This document shows, in pieces, positions 32,755 to 45,171 of a stretch of 64,000 bases of DNA; within the stretch, counting starts at the first letter, position 1; each line of letters opens with the position of its first letter. Under the pieces are notes generated by a model. It worked only from the letters and a program-made list of their open reading frames with translations, had not been told where the DNA came from and searched no databases. Source of the stretch: Epithemia pelagica (lineage: Eukaryota > Protista > Bacillariophyta); assembly GCA_946965045.2 (NCBI GenBank), contig OX337231.1, positions 2,418,001 to 2,482,000 on the forward strand, in the 5' to 3' direction. A program made the translations under genes and the position numbers.

Positions 32755-33469
32755 GGTGGTGGTGACGGTACTACTACGGGAGTGAGGAACTGCAAAGTTC
32801 TGAAAAGTGAGAGTTCTTTTTGGTGGAGGGCAAAGACATGATCCGCATTGCTTGGATCTTGTGTGGTGTCATTTTTTTGGGTTCTTCGGATACGAAAAGA
32901 TCTCGGAGTGTGTCTGACCGCCAACCTAAACCTAACCTCTCCCGTGGGAAAACTGCCTACGGTAGGTATCCTCCCACCGTTCCTCTATCACAAAACCAAG
33001 AACCAAGTGGGAATATAGGATCCTACATGAGTTTGTCAAAGGATAATAATAATGGACCAAACATGAAGGGAACCCGCCAATCCTCCAAGGTAGAAACAAA
33101 GCTAAGAGTGAAAACCTCTTCGAATATCATCCGAACAACGTTGCTTAAGCAACTTGCTGTAGAGGACAGACATCAACTATACAAAAACAATACAGCGAGC
33201 CCATTGGTATTGCTTATATGGTATGGAGCCATTTCATTGGAGATGCACATCCTGTGATCCCATCCTGTTTCTCCATGGAATGGGCATTCAACAATATGTG
33301 TTGTGTGTGTATGTACAACATGCACCGCGATCGGAAGCAATCCTAGGAATCTACGGGTCCCACACACAAGACCGTTGGACTCATTCACCACCACAAATAC
33401 TACACAACAAAAACACCATTCCCCAAACACAATCCACTCCATCAAACAATGGTGTCCCATCGTTCCCAC

Positions 33470-34204
33470 TCAGATTCGAGCTACAGGATCAATCTTCATG
33501 GAATCCGGTGCGATTTTCAAGTGCTGCATGATAAGATCCTGCCAGACAAAAGAGGGGAGTAGTATCGGTGTGAGTTGGCCGTTCGACGACACAGGATGAT
33601 TTCACACGCCAAATATAAATTCTCGTTGGCAGAATAAAAAAGCCTCTCAATGACTTTTATACGTACCAGTTTGGCGTCGAGTTTGTCCAGACGCTGCAGA
33701 GTCTCCTCGGAGCGAAGAATTTGTGCCGTGTCCCCTCGTGCCCGCATTCGCGTTTTGAGTTCCGTCACAATTTCGTCCACACGAGCTTCGTCGCAGCCAC
33801 ATCCCGGCTGAATTTCCCCCAACCCCGAATTGGCCGACACGCAACAACAACAGTTGCCCTTGGAGACACTGCCCAATTCACCGTAGGGCCGCTTTTCCAC
33901 ATGCGTCCCACAAATGGACCTGAAAACAAAAAAGACCACCACCACCAAGTCACGACGACACAAGCAAGAAAAAGAGGAATATGAGAGATTAGACGTCGTG
34001 AAACCCTTGGGCCACGCCATATTACCGCTTTTGCACACACACTCACACATCGGTTTTGGTGACTTCTTCCTGTTCCAGCAACAGAACCGTCTTGAACGGA
34101 CAGGCCCCAAAATGGCATGGGAGGAATGCCAGCCAGTAGCAAAAGTCTACGCTCGCATCAATCTCCTTATCTTCAAAGTCTTGTTGTTGTTCCACAGCGC
34201 CCAT
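33470..34204 (-). CDS. Small Cys-rich uncharacterised protein, 3 exons
   Basis: GT-AG introns at 33920-34046 and 33539-33666 give a continuous frame MGAVEQQ...SICGTHVEKRPYGELGSV...NCCCCV...PGCGCDEARV...LDAKL-DLIMQHLK...ARI*. Confidence 0.7.
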
Positions 34205-34510
34205 CTTGCACAACCGGTGTATAGAGATTATTAGAGATTCAGGGCCAACTCTTTTGTGAGAGTGTGGTGAATCCGACAGGATGCGCAAAAGGATTCGGAT
34301 TGCGATCAAAGCGGACGCTACCGCGACTGCACGGGCCGCGCGGGATTGAGCCCCCAGTCCCCCAGAAGTACTTTCTTTCCCAGTCAGATTGCGATCTTTC
34401 AGTCGTGGACCTGAACCGTTGCGAGAGGAGCGGAGTAGCCCCAGCAAAAAGCGCGCGAGAGGATTCGACAAAAGATCCAAAGATTCCAAAAAGATCTTCT
34501 AGTTGAAACC

Positions 34511-36444
34511 ATGCCGCCGCCTACGCCTACAACAACAGGTCCGGAACCACTCCCTCGTTGGGACTTGATGAGTGCACAGTTTGGCTTTGCGTCTCCGTTG
34601 GACCCTGCCATTGACCGGCACATGGAGGAAACCAAGAAACGGGCCATTTGCTTTCAGGAAACCTACCAAAACAAATTGTTGTTGTTGCCGCACGACGACG
34701 ACGACGACGACAACGCAGAAACAGAAAGCACGTGTAATTTGTTCGAGGCACTGGTCGAATTTGAACAAATTGCCATTCGTCGGAGGTTGGTGTCGAGTTT
34801 TCTCAGTCTTTCGTACGATGTGGCCTTGGACAATGACACGCTCCAAAAGCGCAAGGGCCAGGTGAAGCAGTTCCAGAGCCAAGTGCAGGCCGACCATCTC
34901 GAATGGTTTGAGCTGGATGTGGCCCGCCTGTCGCCCGAGAGGCTCCATCAACAGTTGGAGCGCCATGCCGAGTTGAAGCAGCGCTATCAGGCCTATTTGG
35001 ACGAGTTGCGGCGGGAACGGCCGCATCATTTGGAACCGGCCGTCGAACGTGCCCTCACTCTTCGTCAGCCCTATTCCGGCACTCGACCGCTGGCGTCCTT
35101 TTTGGACAAGGAACTTTGCTTGCTACGCTTTACTATCCAAGGAGAAACCGATTCGTCCCTTACCTTGGAATCGTTGCTGAGTCGGCTCTCGTCGTCCAAG
35201 TGCGAGCCACGTGTCTTCAGACACTCAACAATGGCCTCGGCGGAACGGTCTCTCGCGTCGCCGCACTTTCACTCAGCAGTGTGACGGGATCGTGGTGGAT
35301 TGAGAATCAGGAACGATCCTATACGAGTCTTCGCAGTCGTCGCAACTTGGAAAACAATTGTCCCGACGCGGTGGTGGACACCTTGTTACAGGCGGTACGA
35401 ACGGCCGCCGTCCCGCTGGGCAAGCGATACTACCAACTCAAGAAGCAAATCCTCCAGAAATCACAAGGACTGGACACCTTTCGTTGGAGTGATCGCAACG
35501 CTCCCATTGATATCATGGCAACGACCGACCACAACAACAACAACAACAAGATTTCCTGGCCACAAGCCGTGAAAATCGTCGAACGCGGCTATCGCAAGTT
35601 CAGTCCTCAAATGGCAGATCTCTTTTTGGACATGGTCCACGAAAAGCGCATTCATGCTCCGGTGGTCGACCACAAGAGAGGTGGTGCGTACTGTCATGCC
35701 GTGGTTCCAGGAGTGGGACCCTTTCTGCTCCTCAACTTTGATGGTACCAAGGAGGATGTGGCCACACTGGCCCACGAAAGCGGGCACGGCTGCCACGATA
35801 TTCTCGCGGCTCGGCGGCAAGGATATTTGCAGTGTGATCCACCCTTGACGCTTGCCGAGACGGCGTCGATTTTTGGTGAAATGATGGTATTCCGTGATTT
35901 GCTGGCCCTCGCCACGAGCCCCGAGGAGAAACTCACGCTTCTCATGGCCAAGACGGACGACGTCATCAACTCGGTGATTCGGCAGTGTTCCCTGGATCGA
36001 TTTGAGGAACTGGCGCACACGGCTCGGGCCGACGGCGAATTGAGTGCTGAGGAACTCGATTCATTTTGGCTGCAAGCAGTCCAAGAATATTACGGCAAGG
36101 TGGGGGAGGATTCTCCCTTTGTCAGCTACGATAACCTGGTCCATTTGTGGAGCTACATTACACACTTTCACCACGTCCCATTCTACGTTTACTCGTACGC
36201 CTTTGCCGACTTGGTCGTGGGTACCCTGTACCACAGCTTTCAGACGAATCCAGAGGGATTCGAGGACCGGTTACTGACGTTGTTGTCGTCGGGCGGCACG
36301 CTCGACTTGGCAACGGCACTCCAACCGTTTGGCTTGGATCCGACCGATCCCAAGTTCTGGGAAGAAGCGATTCAAGCGCATCTTGGTGGGCTCGTCCAAG
36401 AGGCCGAAGCTCTTGCCGTCGAAATGGGGTTCGTGTCCGAATGA
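34511..36444 (+). CDS. pepF: Oligoendopeptidase F (M3B metallopeptidase), with an apparent -1 frameshift near 35200
   Basis: N-terminal PRWDL, zinc motif HESGH, AETASIFGEM and HVPFYVYSYAF. The homology switches between frames at 35190-35205 with no intron available. Confidence 0.85.
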
Positions 36445-36914
36445 GAGATGCGGACGATTTGTCTTTCTGCAAAGACAAGAGGAATTGGGCGTTGCCCATG
36501 GAATTTTGTAGCTACAAGAAAGGCTACCAATCAAAGGTTGTGGCTACAAGCAACTTCGGCTGCCCATGGAAGAAGGTGGCGCGGTGGCCCACGGGAGAGC
36601 TGCCCCATAGAATATAGATAACGTTCGAAAAGCTAGATGCAATGCACGGAGCCCATCAGCATGAGTATCTACAAACCTCCTTACTCCTCCTTCTGATGCT
36701 ATGTCCAGTTCGCAATCGTTGCTTTGACCGACTTGACGTGGACGAGAAGCGAAAAAGCCCAAAACAATATGGATATTGCTTGCAAAAGAGCAAAAGATAG
36801 ATACACATTCTCTTTCGAGAAATCTGACGGCAAAGTCTAAGAGGGCTCCGAAAATAGCAACCTATATACAGATCTCGGTGTAGGTCAATAGAAAGTGATC
36901 TAGTATCTTTGAGG

Positions 36915-38843
36915 CTAAATCCAAAATCGCTTTTCTTCAATATTGCTCTTGACCATGATATCCCTCTCATTCCGTTTGTGGCGCGATCCCTTGCTGCGCT
37001 TCGTTCGAGGATGGGTGGTGGATCGAGCCGCGTGTTGGGGTCGTCCAGGATCGTCATTGTCCTTGTCATTGTCGCTCTGGTACGAATCAAAGGGATCCAA
37101 GGGTTTGCTTAACACTTGTCGTGCAATGGGCAATTGCCATCCAAAGGCAAAGACGGTACTGGTTCCACCTCGTCCGGCACGGGCGGTTCGTCCCACGCGA
37201 CGAATGTATTCGGCGGGATCCTTGGGAAAATCAAAAATGACGACATGATCCACGGGAGATGCATCAAAGTCGACCCCCCGCGCGGCTCGATCGGTACACA
37301 CCAACACATAGTCTGCCGTGTCGTCGTCTGAGTGTCCGGTGGAAAAGAGACGGAGATTGTCATTGCGGACTTCGGGTGTCAAGGCATTGTGATAGGGAAT
37401 GACTTCCAAGACTTGTCCCCGTCGATCGGATCGTTTCAAAAAATTTTCCACCTTGCGACAACTTTCGACTGTATTGCAAAAAATCAAGGTTCGTCGACAT
37501 CTGGTTTCTCTTAAGGCCTTGGATAAGTGATCGGCCTTGACCTCAAAACAATAATTGGCGTTGCGATTTTGACTGGGTGGGACCGACACATCCACCAATC
37601 GTTCTTGTACGATTGGTGCAACGCGATGCAAGCCCGGTCCTCGGGCTTGCACGACTCCGGGAAATTCCCGTTCAATGGTTTCCACAATGTCATTGGGTAG
37701 GGTGGCAGTGACAAAGACAAATTGGGTTTGATCGACCGGTGCGGCTGCTCCCACAGTCCGCAATTGAGGACCAAAGGTTTCATCCACCATCAACACATCT
37801 ACTTCGTCCAAGACAATGGCGGACAATTGACTCAAATCCAAACCGGCATTGCGGGTACGAAGAATGGTGGACAATCGACCCGGTGTCGAAATGAGAACAT
37901 CCACGGACGTTCGTTGCAACAATCGAATTTGATCGCGAATCGAAGTCGAGAATTTTCCCTGCGCTGTGACGACCATGGTCCGAAAGGGCACATGCATGGA
38001 TAATTTGTCACACACGGCCCGTGTTTGATCGGCCAGTTCTGCCGTTGGACTGAGAATGAGGATCCGAGGCGTCCCGGCCGGAGCTCGTTGGATACGGATC
38101 CCACCATCCTCTGTAGAAGACGACGACGACGAAAATTGGAGCGCCCGCATCAATAAGGGAATGAGATAGGCCAATGTTTTGCCACTGCCGGTTTGATCGG
38201 CGACAATGGAATGTTTGCCTTGCGAGAGAATGGGCCAGGCCAAACTCTGAATTTTGGATGGTCGTTGAATGCCTGCGCCTCGACATAGATTGACAAAGAG
38301 GAGGGAATCTGGAAATGCCTGACTTTGGACTTGTTGGAGTGATTTGCGACTAAAGAAATGGCTAATGGGAGTCGCCGTATCAACGCCCGGTTGTTCGGTT
38401 GTGGGTGAATGGAATAGTTGTTTTCTTGGAGAGGAGGATATTGTGGATGTTGAACGTTGCGGTTCAGACCTTCGGGATTGGTATGAAGCGGAAGGGTTGT
38501 TCCACATAAAATCGTCGTCGTGGTCGTCGAAATCACTGTCCCTCCAATCGTCGTCATCGTTGTCATATTCGTCGTCCTGACTGTCGTCGAATCGATTCGA
38601 TCGATTCGGGCGTCTTTGTGATGGTGTCCCTCGTCGAGCCCAACAAGAGGATGGTGATGAATATCGTGTCACAGAATACGACGACGGTCTTGGACCAATC
38701 GTAGGGTGGAATCCAAAACACAACACCAACGTGCCAGTGTTGGGAGAGACAGCCATCCACAACAGGGCGACTCCAACGAACCATCGCATTCGACTCTGGT
38801 AGCCCTCCAGTTGACCAGATTTTGTGAACGTTTCCGCAACCAT
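36915..38843 (-). CDS. DEAD-box RNA helicase, probably organellar
   Basis: Q-motif PSKIQ, QTGSGKT, DEVD, TAT, RGVDF and [12 protein letters not shown]. The N-terminus is signal-like. Confidence 0.92.
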   Translation of the reverse strand: MVAETFTKSGQLEGYQSRMRWFVGVALLWMAVSPNTGTLVLCFGFHPTIGPRPSSYSVTRYSSPSSCWARRGTPSQRRPNRSNRFDDSQDDEYDNDDDDWRDSDFDDHDDDFMWNNPSASYQSRRSEPQRSTSTISSSPRKQLFHSPTTEQPGVDTATPISHFFSRKSLQQVQSQAFPDSLLFVNLCRGAGIQRPSKIQSLAWPILSQGKHSIVADQTGSGKTLAYLIPLLMRALQFSSSSSSTEDGGIRIQRAPAGTPRILILSPTAELADQTRAVCDKLSMHVPFRTMVVTAQGKFSTSIRDQIRLLQRTSVDVLISTPGRLSTILRTRNAGLDLSQLSAIVLDEVDVLMVDETFGPQLRTVGAAAPVDQTQFVFVTATLPNDIVETIEREFPGVVQARGPGLHRVAPIVQERLVDVSVPPSQNRNANYCFEVKADHLSKALRETRCRRTLIFCNTVESCRKVENFLKRSDRRGQVLEVIPYHNALTPEVRNDNLRLFSTGHSDDDTADYVLVCTDRAARGVDFDASPVDHVVIFDFPKDPAEYIRRVGRTARAGRGGTSTVFAFGWQLPIARQVLSKPLDPFDSYQSDNDKDNDDPGRPQHAARSTTHPRTKRSKGSRHKRNERDIMVKSNIEEKRFWI

Positions 38844-39319
38844 GGTGTATTGATCTTCTTCTCGTAGTAACAGTCTTGTGGTCTCGTTCGAACAACAAGG
38901 ATGACTCCAAGGAACAACACACAAAAAGAAAACAAAAATTTGCACATCGTTTGATGGTTCCGAACGGTCCCCTCAAAACGGGCTGCAGGACAGACGGAAA
39001 GAGATCATCTGGCCGTCGTCGGAAAAGTTCTCCATCTGGCCTTTGTCGAATTGGTCGCGGAAACCTCTTTCACGTTTGCTGCACAAAGAAGGCCATTTCT
39101 TGCAGCAACAATGGTTGGAGGTCGGGACGAGTATCGGGATTCGGGAGATACGTACAAATTGACGAGGAATCTCAAGTAAAACCCCGTTCCTTGGTCGAAC
39201 CAACCATCAGAGTCCAGTACGTACCTAATAATCACTACAAAGAGAACAGGTGATTGTTGGGAGACCCAATAATTTTCGTTCCCAAGATCGTGCTGTGTGC
39301 ACAGTTTTTCTGCGCTCTC

Positions 39320-41404
39320 ATGACCACCACATCGGACAGCCTCGTGGTGGCCCACCCGGTTCTTTCCGAGAGCAGCAGCAGCAGCAGCATTACCACCGCG
39401 GAACCTGCCTTTGAGGAGGAGGATCGTCGTCACTGTCGCGGGTGTGCCTCGACTGCTTTGCGGGTGGATTGGGCGGCCGGAGACCGGGTGTGTACCAATT
39501 GTGGATTGGTCGATGAAGAACGGTTGTTGGAAGAACGTCCAGAATGGCGCGATTTTGACGATGATAATGATTTGGTTCGCAATGCCTTTCGGGGAGGATC
39601 ATCCTTGGGTCGATGTGGTTTGATCCCCAACAATGAAGGACGATGGATTGGGGGATTGCCACCCACCTCGCTGTCCAAATACACGTTTGGACGAGGAGGG
39701 GCCAGTGCACAGCAGACACGCAAACAATTGATCAAGACCAGTCAACGAATTGAACGTCAAATGGAAAAGAGACATGAGCGTGATTTGAAAACGGCCAAAC
39801 TGTCCATGCAAATCCGCAAGCGCAAACGACAGTCCGCGAGGATGGACGACCATATCCAAGAAACTGACCAAGACATGGTGGACGACGACGACCATGACGT
39901 TTCGGTCCGACCGGAACTAGAACGGTTGCTAGTACAAGAAGAAGAAACTGCCCTGGCGGCGACTGCTACATTGTATGCGGAGAAATGGTCGTTGCAGCGA
40001 GCCATTCGAATGTTTGGCAATGGACATGAAGTTGCCGCCTTGGAGGAGGATGGTCCTCGAATGCATCATGACGACGACGAAGAAGAAGGACAGAAAAAGT
40101 TGGATGCAACCTTGACGAATGCATCTAGGGATTTGTACGAGGCCTATGGTATGCTGCTGCAGACGGCGAAAGGATTGCAAGTGCCGGATCGGGTCACCAA
40201 TGAGGCAAGTGCTACCTTGGTCCAGTATGCCTCGCGACGGGACGGTTTGACCGTGCGGGGTGTTTCCAGTCAATTCAAGCCTCAATCGCGAAAAAACGTC
40301 CAGGAGGAGAAATCTCGGGCATTGTACGATCAAGAAGAACGTGAGGCCAAAGCATTGCTTCGACAAATCAATAAACTGAAACAAATGGGCTCTCTGGTGG
40401 CGGCCATTTTGTTTTATACCTGTCGAACCATGAACGTACCCAGATCGCTGGTCCAGGTATGTGCCAGTGTCGAAACCCCCGCAGTAGTCAACGAGTGTCG
40501 GGTGAATCGCGTGGGCGGCAAAGAGGATGCCTTTATCAAAAAGAAGCATTGTTCCAAGGCAATGAATGAAATTCGCCAAGTGCTTCCAGATATTGCTCGA
40601 ACGATTCCTGTTGCGACCGACACGAACGGAGTATTGGTATCATCCTTGACTACTCGTAATGGCGACAATCTCCAATCCACGGAAAGTTGCGTCGAGCACA
40701 TGGCTCGTAAATTGAGACTCCCTCCCGTGGCAGAAGCCTCGGTCCGTGTCCTGGTAGCCCATTGCCAAGAACACTTGGGGGGTTCATCCGCTGTCGAAGC
40801 GGTACTCAATACCCAAAAACGATTTGTGCTTTGCGCGGCCGTCTCGTACTTTATTTGTCAAATGGGAGAAATTATGCAGAACCTGGCAAAACAGGCCTCG
40901 GCCTCCAAAGGGGCCCGACCCGCCATTGTTCCTCGGAAACAACGAAAATTAGAAAAAGGATCTAGTTCCTCCTCGCTCGAAAGCGACAAGACGGCGTCGA
41001 CGCAACAGGTGGATATGTTCAATGACGACGACGAAGCCAAGGTGGCCGCCATGGAACACAAAGCCTATGAGATGCGCCGTGTTTGGGACGCGTGGAAGGA
41101 ACAGACACAGTGGCATCGGAATCCTACGGAAATTGAACGCGTTGCCAATGTCTCACAGTCGTCCATGCAGGAATATTTCAAGACTCTGTTGTTCCCGAAC
41201 CGAAAGTCGTTGTTGGAGGCACTGGCTCAAAAGGCCAAGCTCCGTTCTACTACCGAGGAAGCAAACGCAACTCATGGCGATTACCATTTGTACCAGGTTC
41301 CACTCGCCTCCGTACTACTTCCCCATGTGACGATCGCCGAACCCTTGATGAAAGAAACTGTTCGTCAAAAGGACTTTGACAGTGCGACAAGAACTACGCC
41401 TTGA
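39320..41404 (+). CDS. TFIIB/Brf-related protein with an N-terminal Zn ribbon
   Basis: CRGC...VCTNCGLV...EERPEWRDF matches the TFIIB zinc ribbon and B-reader. Two cyclin-fold-like regions follow (AAILFYTCRTMNVPRSL; AVSYFIC). Confidence 0.7.
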   Translation: MTTTSDSLVVAHPVLSESSSSSSITTAEPAFEEEDRRHCRGCASTALRVDWAAGDRVCTNCGLVDEERLLEERPEWRDFDDDNDLVRNAFRGGSSLGRCGLIPNNEGRWIGGLPPTSLSKYTFGRGGASAQQTRKQLIKTSQRIERQMEKRHERDLKTAKLSMQIRKRKRQSARMDDHIQETDQDMVDDDDHDVSVRPELERLLVQEEETALAATATLYAEKWSLQRAIRMFGNGHEVAALEEDGPRMHHDDDEEEGQKKLDATLTNASRDLYEAYGMLLQTAKGLQVPDRVTNEASATLVQYASRRDGLTVRGVSSQFKPQSRKNVQEEKSRALYDQEEREAKALLRQINKLKQMGSLVAAILFYTCRTMNVPRSLVQVCASVETPAVVNECRVNRVGGKEDAFIKKKHCSKAMNEIRQVLPDIARTIPVATDTNGVLVSSLTTRNGDNLQSTESCVEHMARKLRLPPVAEASVRVLVAHCQEHLGGSSAVEAVLNTQKRFVLCAAVSYFICQMGEIMQNLAKQASASKGARPAIVPRKQRKLEKGSSSSSLESDKTASTQQVDMFNDDDEAKVAAMEHKAYEMRRVWDAWKEQTQWHRNPTEIERVANVSQSSMQEYFKTLLFPNRKSLLEALAQKAKLRSTTEEANATHGDYHLYQVPLASVLLPHVTIAEPLMKETVRQKDFDSATRTTP

Positions 41405-41715
41405 CCAAGAACAAGGTCAAGAACAGCAGAGCGTTCTCGATATCAATAGTTTGTGAATGGACACGATTCACGTCAAATGTATGGGAGGAAGCTCTATAAT
41501 GCAGAGGTACGTAAACTACTTGGAATTGTGCTGTGTAAAGTAGGCGACTAATTGTAATGAATTACTACTTTCCGGACCGCTCCAGTGTTGTTTGTCCAGC
41601 GACGAGCCACCCTTTCATTCTCCCCAGCTCAATGGGACTATCTGAATCGTTCGGAAAATGGATTCATCAGAGTCAAAGCGAAGCAAGGACTACAACTTGC
41701 AACACGATCTCAGTT

Positions 41716-44192
41716 TTAGAAACCAAGCATGTACCCGATAAAGCTTGGTTCAGGCAGCGGTTGAATTTCAGCTTGAATGCTCATGATATGCCACGGGTCA
41801 TCAAGCACGCACATGTTGACCCAATATAGTACAGCAAAGAACAGCGCCAAAAGCAGGATCGCTCCAATAGAGTCAACCAGGAAGCTGGATTCGTCATCAT
41901 CTTGTGAGTCATTGACAGCACCATGTAGAACGTCTGCTAAAGTCATTTGATCCTGTTCCTTCGGCAAGTTGCTGTTTCCTGGAGATTCATCCTCTATTAT
42001 TACAGACTCATCATGGCACCCGAAAAAGACATCATGAAACAGAACAAACAGGGAAACTTGCAACGATGTCGTTCCATCGACATCTCCCTCGTCAACCATA
42101 GTTGGATCATCGTGACGCACGCTTTCATTCTCCGATTCGGCAATGTCAACGATTTCGTCATCAGAACAATGACGAGTCGACTGATGAGGGGAATGCGGAT
42201 GAGCTGGAGTTACGAGGTGTTTCTGTATTTCCGATTTCGTTTGTCCCTTCTCGTCCGTGTCGAAATGGACACGAAGCGGGCTTTGCGGTATTGCTGGTTT
42301 CGTTGTCCACGCCGGAGTATCTACGGGTATAGTATTGGTTAGAGATTGATGTTGTATGAAGTGATTTGTTTCTGGCGCGGATCTGCTGGTCTGAAGATCC
42401 GTTGGTGAACTGACAGGTCTTGATGTAATAGCAGCGATAGTCCTGTCAGAGCTTTGACACTCCGCAACAATCAGCTCGCTTTCTGTAAAACTTTTCATAG
42501 AGAGAACGCGAACTATGGGGGGATCAGGTTTCGAGCTGTCGTCTTTCTTTGTTGGCCCGCTGCGATTTCCCTGGATTTTGTTGACGTGGCCTGACGGGAG
42601 CGACGATACTCTACGTGGCTTATTCTTCCGCTTTTTAGCAGTACTCGTTGCACGGGTGGATATCATCCTTACATGTTGATCAAAACATGTGCTCTTTGTC
42701 GTTCCGGGCAACGAGCGTTTTCGACGTTTCCTGGTTTCATATTCACAGCATTGGTGACGTTCCAAGGACGGCTTGGACGGCCTTTCAATTTGGCTTTGCG
42801 GTGGGATACTTGGTGGTCGCTTGAGCTTGTCTTTGGTAAGAGGAAGTTGCTTATTGGACATATCCTTCTTCGCGCATTCGTACACAGAGCCAGGGATCCT
42901 TTTGCCCGCTGGGAAGGTAGCTGAACAACAAACGTCCATGATCAGAAACCACGATGACGCGTATCACTTGTCCATTTTGACGTACCATCAACTGCCACAA
43001 TGTCTTGGGTTTTCTTATCAAGTGCCACAACGATACAGTTACATGCTTCCAACGTCCTCGGGAGGGTAAATGTTACTCCAGCGATAGCTCCAAAGGTTTT
43101 GTCATGCAGTTGAGAGATGTGGAGATCATTTTTGGTACTTTCGGTGGTATGAGTTGGTGGTAGAATGAGATTCGCAAGTTCTTTTGAATGATTGCGGCAC
43201 TCCGAGCTTGACGAAAATCCTCTGAATGCGAAGAGAGACAAGGACGCAACCTTGACAAAGCATAGATCTTCTTCTTTGAGACTAGTCTGACTGGTGATTC
43301 CGGTCGGTCTTCCTTGTGCTGGGTCAATAATGCGGAGCTCCAAATTGTCATGCGACGATGCTGAAAGAGGAGCATCGGGTTCTAGATCGCAATTTTCATC
43401 GCTGAAATAGCCAGTATGTCTGAGACAGATATGAATCGTGCAGTCCTTGGTGCTGTCCTTTGCTTTTTTGTTGCTCTCGCCTTGTGATGTTGTCTTCACG
43501 GTCCAATCTCCTTTTCTCATTGGGTTAAGAGGATCTACTTCGAAGATCCTACCTTGTCGTGTAAACTTCTCATCATCAAGTCGCAATCCATCCATAAATC
43601 CCTCCAACAAGCAAAGGGTTCCGTTTTCCTTACCAACGTGGAAAGTACAGCTCTCTTCCATCTTCTGCCTCTTCCTAGATTTTCCTCTAAACGTGCGTCC
43701 TTTTCTTTTTCGTAGGATGGACGTTTTCAACATCGCCCTTGAGTCCGAATCACGGTAAGGGGCATGCCAAAGACCCTTCCTCTCACTATGCCTAGGTGAA
43801 TCTTCGTGGTGTGACAGCTTCATTTTCGCCTTGGAATGTTGAACCTTGTCAGGGTCGGAGACTATCAATCCCACCTCTCGTTGCTTTTCTTTGCAATCGC
43901 GACCTTCGTCCTTGCTGTTTTTATTGTGTTCTACTGTCTCGTTGTTGGCCGAGTCACTGTTTAGGAAATCGTTCACCCCTTCGATGTACGGACACAAAAC
44001 GAAGCTATCTGACGAGACGGTTGTAAGGGTGGAACAGACCGACGAATCATCATCCTCAGGTGGAATAGTTACGCTCGTCTTTGAATCCATCGCCGCTTTC
44101 TCGTGCTGCATGGTAAGTTTCTTCACAAGGGCGTTTCCTTGCATCACCCATTCTTGGAAGTTTACACTTGGATGGCCGCCGGTGGACTTCAT
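41716..44192 (-). CDS. Hypothetical protein (~800 aa), 2 exons, C-terminal transmembrane helix
   Basis: A 65-nt GTACGT...TTCAG intron (42921-42985) joins the two ORFs in frame (VD-A-TFPAG). Hydrophobic IGAILLLALFFAVLYW lies near the end. Confidence 0.6.
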
Positions 44193-44787
44193 GGTTCCTA
44201 TCCCGTGACGGTAATCACAACGAATTGGAGAGCAATAAGACCAATGATTCCCAGTGTTCGTCTTCAGCAGCTGATCCACTCTTACCTCAATGAATGTTCG
44301 AATGCAGGAGGGAAATTTGATCGTTGTGTTTTGTTGCTATTGTTCCTCTTCCCTCTTCCACGGGACAACCAAAGCATTGGATGGAAATCTGAAGGAAGGA
44401 GAAAAAGTGCGCGTTCTGCCAATTTGTCAGATGCGCCTTGCGTGCGGTGATTCTGGCGCACAGGTCGCGCGAGCCGAGTCGATAAGACCTCAAACGCTTT
44501 GATCCCGGAGACATTTGAATAATTCCCCCAAGTAGCGTTTCCATTTAAGCCACTTTAGTGCGACCTCGGTCGAGGTAAACAGGGCAATGGTAACAAATCG
44601 AGTTTCTATTGCCCCCAGATTTGAACAAAGCGGCGAAAATTTTCTGATGGGAGAAATTGAGAAATGAGAAATCTTTGCTCGAGTGTCGAGTGTCGAGGGT
44701 TACTCCAAAGGACTCACAAATTCTACGGACTACGGATACGAGATACATCATTCATTCGACTGACAACCAAGGATAGAACTTAATGCG

Positions 44788-45171
44788 ATGATGGATGTGA
44801 AAAGAACTGAGGACAACAAGGCAACAGGAGATGCTCCATGTCTTCCTGTACCTTTTGAGGAAGGTACAATCCGCGATGATGGAATGAAAGAGGAACCAGC
44901 GTCAAACAAGGGAGAAATAGATGGATTCTTGACTCTTCAAACTGGAAATGGGGGCGAAACGAATAGCAATGGCACAAAAGTTGACTCTCATGCAAGAAGT
45001 CTGATCAAGGGCCTTACATGGCGGTGTCTCGCTACTGCAACTACGACCATAATTGCATGGATTGTGACGGGTCAAGTTGAATCTGCCCTTCAGATTGGGC
45101 TTTTTGAATTTTTTGCCAAGCTTCTTATTTACTATCTTCATGAGCGCATATGGACTCGGATTAATCTTTAA
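44788..45171 (+). CDS. DUF2061-like small membrane protein
   Basis: RSLIKGLTWRCLAT...IGLFEFFAKLLIYYLHERIW matches the DUF2061 pattern. Confidence 0.8.
   Translation: MMDVKRTEDNKATGDAPCLPVPFEEGTIRDDGMKEEPASNKGEIDGFLTLQTGNGGETNSNGTKVDSHARSLIKGLTWRCLATATTTIIAWIVTGQVESALQIGLFEFFAKLLIYYLHERIWTRINL

Noticed and set aside
41716-44279. Two abutting ORFs (42942..44279 and 41716..42939) as an operon-like or frameshifted pair
   Set aside because: A canonical 65-nt intron (42921-42985) joins them in frame.
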